Shown: piece by piece, positions 28,965 to 33,487 of the stretch
Numbering within the stretch: position 1 is the stretch's first letter
How the letters are laid out: every line of letters starts with the position of its first letter
Source: Pseudobdellovibrionaceae bacterium
Lineage (GTDB): Bacteria > Bdellovibrionota > Bdellovibrionia > Bdellovibrionales > UBA1609
Assembly: GCA_030591685.1 (NCBI GenBank)
Contig: JAUVAX010000029.1
Coordinates: 1 to 33,487 of the forward strand
DNA length: 33,487 nucleotides
Direction of reading: 5' to 3'
Made by a program: the position numbers and the translations under genes
Notes under the pieces: generated by a model
Databases searched by the model: none
Seen by the model: the letters and a program-made list of their open reading frames with translations, nothing else
Told to the model about the DNA's origin: nothing

Positions 28965-29781
28965 ATGTTTAAAAAAGCTGTGCGTATAAAGTATTTCATT
29001 AATATTATGAGTGTAACTCTTTTATTGGCTGCTTTTCAAAACTGTAGTCCTCCGCCGCTTGATGGCCAATCAGAAAGCTCAGTACTTAATTTGGATAATA
29101 TTGATGATGCCTATGCGTTCAAATCTAATTACACATCACCGAATACGTTTTCAATTGAACCTGTCGGAGACAATATCCTATCTGTAGAATACTACATTGA
29201 CGATGAGGTCGTACCTGTTTTTACAAACAGAGCAGTCCCCTTTATATTTAATTTAGAAACTTCTACATTAAATATTGGTACGCACAAAGTTTCAGGGATT
29301 CTAGTTGTTAGTTTTATGGGCAGCCCTGTAATAGTGCGAAAGAGTGTTAGTTTTGAGGTGATAGAAGGGGGGGGCCTCTGAGGTAGTGACCCCTGCTGAT
29401 CCGGCAGCTGGAGACATAGTTATAGAGGCTGAAACGGGGGCTTTTGAGTCTCCATTCATGGTAGTTAATATTGAAGGGGGACAGGCTTTAACCTCTAATG
29501 ATTTCTCGCCCGGCATATCTACTTATGATGTTGTTGTGCCGGAAGATGGGTTTTATAAGTTTGGACTGAGAGTATTAGCTCCCGATGTTAGCAGTGATTC
29601 TGTATACTTTAGTGTAAATGGTGAGGCTAATATCAAATACGCTACAGGGATTCACACTGAATTGACCGATATCATGTACCAGGGTGCATCTGTGTATCAG
29701 TTGAGTAAGGGTGTACACAAACTTGTACTAACAAACCGAGAAAAAATCACTATCGATAAAATTTATTTTAGGGCCCAATAG
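28965..29781 (+). pseudogene. Lipoprotein (Ig-like plus carbohydrate-binding-like domains) split by a frameshift in a G8 tract; 271 aa if G7
   Basis: ORF 28965-29381 has lipobox LAAFQNC; ORF 29386-29781 has IEAETG, a CBM6/35-like start; deleting one G from 29367-29374 gives ...IEGGASEVVTPADP... Confidence 0.7.
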
Positions 29782-29991
29782 GGTTTACCTTAAAAGTGAA
29801 GTGGTTGCACGGGGAAGATAATAGATATTGCTTTAGGCGCAACATTTAATAGCGTGAAAATAAGGGGTAAAGGTTTTGTGGGTTTTTGCCACGTTCTTTA
29901 ATAAAAAAAGTACGTGTAAATATTTAGACAGAATTAAGACAGTAGTCACTTAATGCTGAATGGGGCTTCTCAGTTGGAGCACATTTGATCT

Positions 29992-30032
29992 CATAGTCTC
30001 ACATTGAGACTATGCTTGGTATATTGTGTGCA
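29992..30032 (+). promoter_or_regulatory. Perfect palindrome plus sigma54 -24/-12 promoter
   Basis: CATAGTCTCA-CAT-TGAGACTATG (29992-30014); TGGTAT-ATTGT-GTGCA (30017-30032), 6 nt after TGAGAC. Confidence 0.75.
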
Positions 30033-30081
30033 ACCTAGAGTATTAGGAAAGAATCGTACTCTTATTTGAAGGGCAAATGTT

Positions 30082-31020
30082 TTGAAATATACTTTGTTTT
30101 CACTACAAGCTTTTAAATTCGTTTTAAAACTTTTAGTTTTAATTCTCACCCCAGTATTTATTTTATTTTACCAGGCTTGTGGTTCGGGGTTTGAGTCTTT
30201 ATCTCTAACAAGTACTGGCCAGCTAGACTCATCAGACATCGTAGATTTAATGGACCCTGTTTTTGTTTCTGGTAAAGTACTTTATATTGCAAACTGTGCT
30301 AACTGTCATGGTGATTTAAGTGACTCTTCTAAGAGAGGTCGAACGGCTTTACAGATTAAGGATTCAATATCTTCAGAACCCAACATGTCTGTTTTGAGTT
30401 CATTGCAAAATCTCACAACTAATGAGTTAGAGCTTATAGCTCTGGCTTTGAATTTCGTAGTAGTCATAAAGTTGCCTCCGGGCGCAACAGACCTGAATTT
30501 GAGCTCTAAGCCAGCCCTTGGGGGTCGGTTTTATGTGGCATCTACATTTTTTCAATTATTTTATGATGAGCAAAATGTTTCTTCTGCAGATAATACGATT
30601 AAAGACATTATCAAAAATAATATTGAGGTGCAAGGATATGCCTTTGGTGGGTCTTGTCGATTTATGGATATTAATTGTGGTGATGGTTATGTTGAGTCCC
30701 CCGACGTACCTATGTATTCAAAACCTAATATTCCTAGAAGTGGATACCTAGTGCGTACATGTAATGAAGTTTTATCTATTGATAAAGCTGTGTTAACAGT
30801 TTTAAGAAAATCTGGATTAAGTGTTGAGTCTGAATATAGTGCCTCTAATGTTCAAAAACTGGTGCGAAGTTTTTATTCAGGTCGATCTGTTTCGTCTGAA
30901 GAGTTGAATGCTTTAGTTTTAGTTGGGCAGACGGCTATTTCAAAGGGGATGAGTCGAACTGATGGATGGCGATTTTTGATGCTCCCTATGTGTACCTCCG
31001 CCTACTTTGAATTATTGTGA
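30082..31020 (+). CDS. c-type cytochrome domain lipoprotein
   Basis: Hydrophobic signal ending FYQAC, G..LY...CANCHG heme motif, downstream Met (PNM) as candidate axial ligand, extra Cys in the C-domain. Confidence 0.82.
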   Translation: MKYTLFSLQAFKFVLKLLVLILTPVFILFYQACGSGFESLSLTSTGQLDSSDIVDLMDPVFVSGKVLYIANCANCHGDLSDSSKRGRTALQIKDSISSEPNMSVLSSLQNLTTNELELIALALNFVVVIKLPPGATDLNLSSKPALGGRFYVASTFFQLFYDEQNVSSADNTIKDIIKNNIEVQGYAFGGSCRFMDINCGDGYVESPDVPMYSKPNIPRSGYLVRTCNEVLSIDKAVLTVLRKSGLSVESEYSASNVQKLVRSFYSGRSVSSEELNALVLVGQTAISKGMSRTDGWRFLMLPMCTSAYFELL

Positions 31021-31033
31021 TCAGGAGACAAGT

Positions 31034-32473
31034 ATGATTATAAAGGCAAAAAAAATTAAAAACTTTGTACTTAAGACATTTATTTTAGGTAGTGTTACTT
31101 TTTTTGTAAATACCTCTTCTGCTGAAGAGCTCTCACCCTTAGCTGTATTTCAGCGGTGTTACTCACGAATCACACAGTACAGGGTTGATATTAATAGCTC
31201 AATGGCAAAAAATGTTGAAAATGGCTCACTTGATCCTATTTCGGCCTGTGAATCTGTACTTAAAGGTGGGACCTTGAACAGCAGTTCTCGACTACCAGAC
31301 GTTAATAATGTCTTAAATCAAAGGGTATTAGAAACCTTTCACCGATTGCATGGCAGTTGGTTTGATGTGAAGTGGTTTAAGAGAATTGGAGTTTCAGAAC
31401 CTTTTAGGGCTACGAAAGTTATTTATGATTCAGCAGAGCCCTCATTTTTTATTACGAGAGCATTATTTGACCCTGCTTTTACATATAAGGACGCATTGAC
31501 ATCCAGCAGTGTGATAGTGGCTCAACGAAGTGTTGATAACCCGTCAACTATGCGTGGTCTGACTAAGTCAGATTTTATTTTTAATACTGAATCACAGTTT
31601 AAGTTTCCTGATCAGGGACTTTTATATGGTTTTCAAACTATGACTTCAGTAAATTGGAAATATTATTATGAAACTAGTGACGATAGTTATAGCGGTACAA
31701 TGCCAGTTCGAAAAAATCATGGTGGTGGTTACTTTTCATTAAGTGTGTATATGGAGCAAACAGTATCTGATATTCTTAAATTTAGAGCAGATGGTGCCTT
31801 AAAGCTGCCTCGCAAGTGGGCTCGTAGTTTACTTAAGGATGTGCTTTGTCGTGAACTACCCTTAGTTAGAGATAACGATGTGAGCTCTTATGTTGTACCA
31901 AATAGTAGTATTCCGTTTAGAAAGGCAAACACCTGTACGAAGTGTCACGCAACTATGGACCAAATGGCGTACACAGCTAGAGGGTTTTATTATGATGAGA
32001 GGGCGAACGGAGGCACAACCCCAAAATATGGGGGGACTTTTGGGCGAATATATGACGTTACAAAGCCAGCTGTTTCTGGGTGGCCTTCAGAGCCAACACC
32101 AAACTTTCATTTAACCCCGCCGAATGGTCGGCTTTTTTATCGCAACTATAATGGTGATTTAGTTAATCTCGCAGTGAGCAGCATGAAGGATTTATCTACT
32201 AAAATTGCCTCTCAGGATGACCCCTATATTTGTTTAGCAAAAAGGTATTATAAATATTTTATAGGTATAGATGTTAATATTAGCGATCCTGCTGACCCGG
32301 CACAGCCTCTTAACATGACCCCATTAGATGAAAGGCATCGAAGCAATGTGATTCAAATAGGCAAAAGGTTAAAGCAGCATTTAGATCCTCAAAAAGCCAT
32401 TATTGATATAATAAAGCTACCCGAATTTAAACAATTAGACCAAACCCTCAACTCAGGGAGTTCCGGTGGGTAA
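31034..32473 (+). CDS. Exported CxxCH protein (DUF1588/DUF1585-like)
   Basis: AGGAG SD, signal ending TSSA, LCRELP, CTKCHATMD, C-terminal C.AKRYY..F.G. Confidence 0.75.
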   Translation: MIIKAKKIKNFVLKTFILGSVTFFVNTSSAEELSPLAVFQRCYSRITQYRVDINSSMAKNVENGSLDPISACESVLKGGTLNSSSRLPDVNNVLNQRVLETFHRLHGSWFDVKWFKRIGVSEPFRATKVIYDSAEPSFFITRALFDPAFTYKDALTSSSVIVAQRSVDNPSTMRGLTKSDFIFNTESQFKFPDQGLLYGFQTMTSVNWKYYYETSDDSYSGTMPVRKNHGGGYFSLSVYMEQTVSDILKFRADGALKLPRKWARSLLKDVLCRELPLVRDNDVSSYVVPNSSIPFRKANTCTKCHATMDQMAYTARGFYYDERANGGTTPKYGGTFGRIYDVTKPAVSGWPSEPTPNFHLTPPNGRLFYRNYNGDLVNLAVSSMKDLSTKIASQDDPYICLAKRYYKYFIGIDVNISDPADPAQPLNMTPLDERHRSNVIQIGKRLKQHLDPQKAIIDIIKLPEFKQLDQTLNSGSSGG

Positions 32474-33487
32474 GCATAAATTTAGTAGAAGAGATATTTT
32501 AAAATTGCTCGGTGGATTTACTGGGGCTTCAATAATTCAGAGTCCATTAGGGGTTCTTTATAGAAGTTGCCTTGATGGCGTGTTTTCTCAAGCTATGGCT
32601 CAAGAGGCAGGTAATATGCCGCGACGCTATGTGCAAATTGGTGAGCCTGGCGCACCCTCACGTTGGACCTTTGATTTATTTTTAAAACCATATAGCTCTA
32701 GTGGGTTTGTGCCAAATAATCTTATTGGGACAAAATATGTAGCCAGCGGCGGTCGTTATACAGACGTAGAGTATAAAACTATTTTACGAAACGGTATTAA
32801 TGTACCTTGGCTTTGGCAGTTCGGAGTCCCAAGGGCTGGTGGTGGCACAAGGCCCATGACGGACCTATTAAACAATATGCTCACCTTGCAAGGGATAACC
32901 ACCGGAGGCAACGGTCACCCTCAAGCCCAAATACTTCACTACTTACCACTCGGAGCTTCACAAAGCTTAATGGCTTTATCTGGTGACCCCTCAAACACAC
33001 CATTTCCGGCCGTTAATTTAACAGCCTCTGAGCATTATGTTTATAAATCTACAAATAATAAATCAGCTGTAAATGTTTTTGGGTCATCTAAAATTAACCT
33101 CATTGAAAAACTATTGGCTCCTTTTAAAGTAAATCTTTCAAGTGCTTATAAAGACAAAGCGGCGGATTTAACAAATGTAATGAACGATGCTTTTTTTGCA
33201 CTTAACGAGCTGGCGAGATCAAAGGGTTCGGGAGGGAAGCAAATTTCAAATAATATTGAAGCAGCCATTGAGCTTATAAATGGCAAAGGAGGGGAATTGC
33301 CCTCTTCTTGGGACAGCGTGCATTCAAAATATAAAACACTTGTCAGTCGGGCTTTTATGGAGACTCGTGGTTTAGCGGGTATTTCTGATATGCCCATTGG
33401 TATTACAAGTGACCGAGACGTCACCTACAATTTGGAAAGTAAAAAAGTTTCTACAGCTGATCTTAGAGATCTAATTACAAGTAGCAC
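32466..33487 (+). CDS. Tat-exported DUF1501-like protein (3' end outside window; absent from ORF track)
   Basis: GGGAG SD, GTG start, MGKHKFSRRDILK twin-arginine motif, AMA cleavage site, G.P.RW.FD, NGH; frame open to the window end. Confidence 0.85.
   Translation, partial: MGKHKFSRRDILKLLGGFTGASIIQSPLGVLYRSCLDGVFSQAMAQEAGNMPRRYVQIGEPGAPSRWTFDLFLKPYSSSGFVPNNLIGTKYVASGGRYTDVEYKTILRNGINVPWLWQFGVPRAGGGTRPMTDLLNNMLTLQGITTGGNGHPQAQILHYLPLGASQSLMALSGDPSNTPFPAVNLTASEHYVYKSTNNKSAVNVFGSSKINLIEKLLAPFKVNLSSAYKDKAADLTNVMNDAFFALNELARSKGSGGKQISNNIEAAIELINGKGGELPSSWDSVHSKYKTLVSRAFMETRGLAGISDMPIGITSDRDVTYNLESKKVSTADLRDLITSS

Noticed and set aside
33146..33424. Minus-strand 92-aa ORF
   Set aside because: Antisense to the Tat-signal gene that is open from 32466 to the window end.

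Overview
AT-rich bacterial chromosome segment. Gene content and style (FQNC/YQAC-type lipoboxes, GYF_2 protein, cytochrome c/DUF1501-type cluster, degenerate HD-GYP) suggest Bdellovibrionota; this is inference, not a database result. Left edge (1-630): the right end of an IS3-family element inserted into a small gene, plus a GAGTCGCCA repeat cluster, all just 3' of an initiator tRNA-Met, like the edge of a tRNA-targeted island. Then a degenerate HD-GYP gene, an ABC-2 transporter, the ffh-rpsP-khpA-rimM-trmD-SPOUT-rplS-rnhB-yraN cluster, lptD, a CHASE2 adenylate cyclase, a STAS protein, a secreted HNH nuclease apparently starting at ATT, a VKOR-DsbA fusion, ChaN-like and GYF_2 proteins, TPR and coiled-coil proteins, and pyk. 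The most interesting part is 28.7-33.5 kb. Two adjacent units for exported proteins share a promoter architecture: a GTCTCA-N3-TGAGAC-type palindrome exactly 6 bp before a sigma54 -24/-12 element. The first is a lipoprotein gene split by a frameshift in a G8 tract. The second encodes two CxxCH proteins and a Tat-signal DUF1501-like protein missed by the ORF track. Three genes also have sigma28-like promoters only 7-10 nt before an ATG with no Shine-Dalgarno (SD) sequence.
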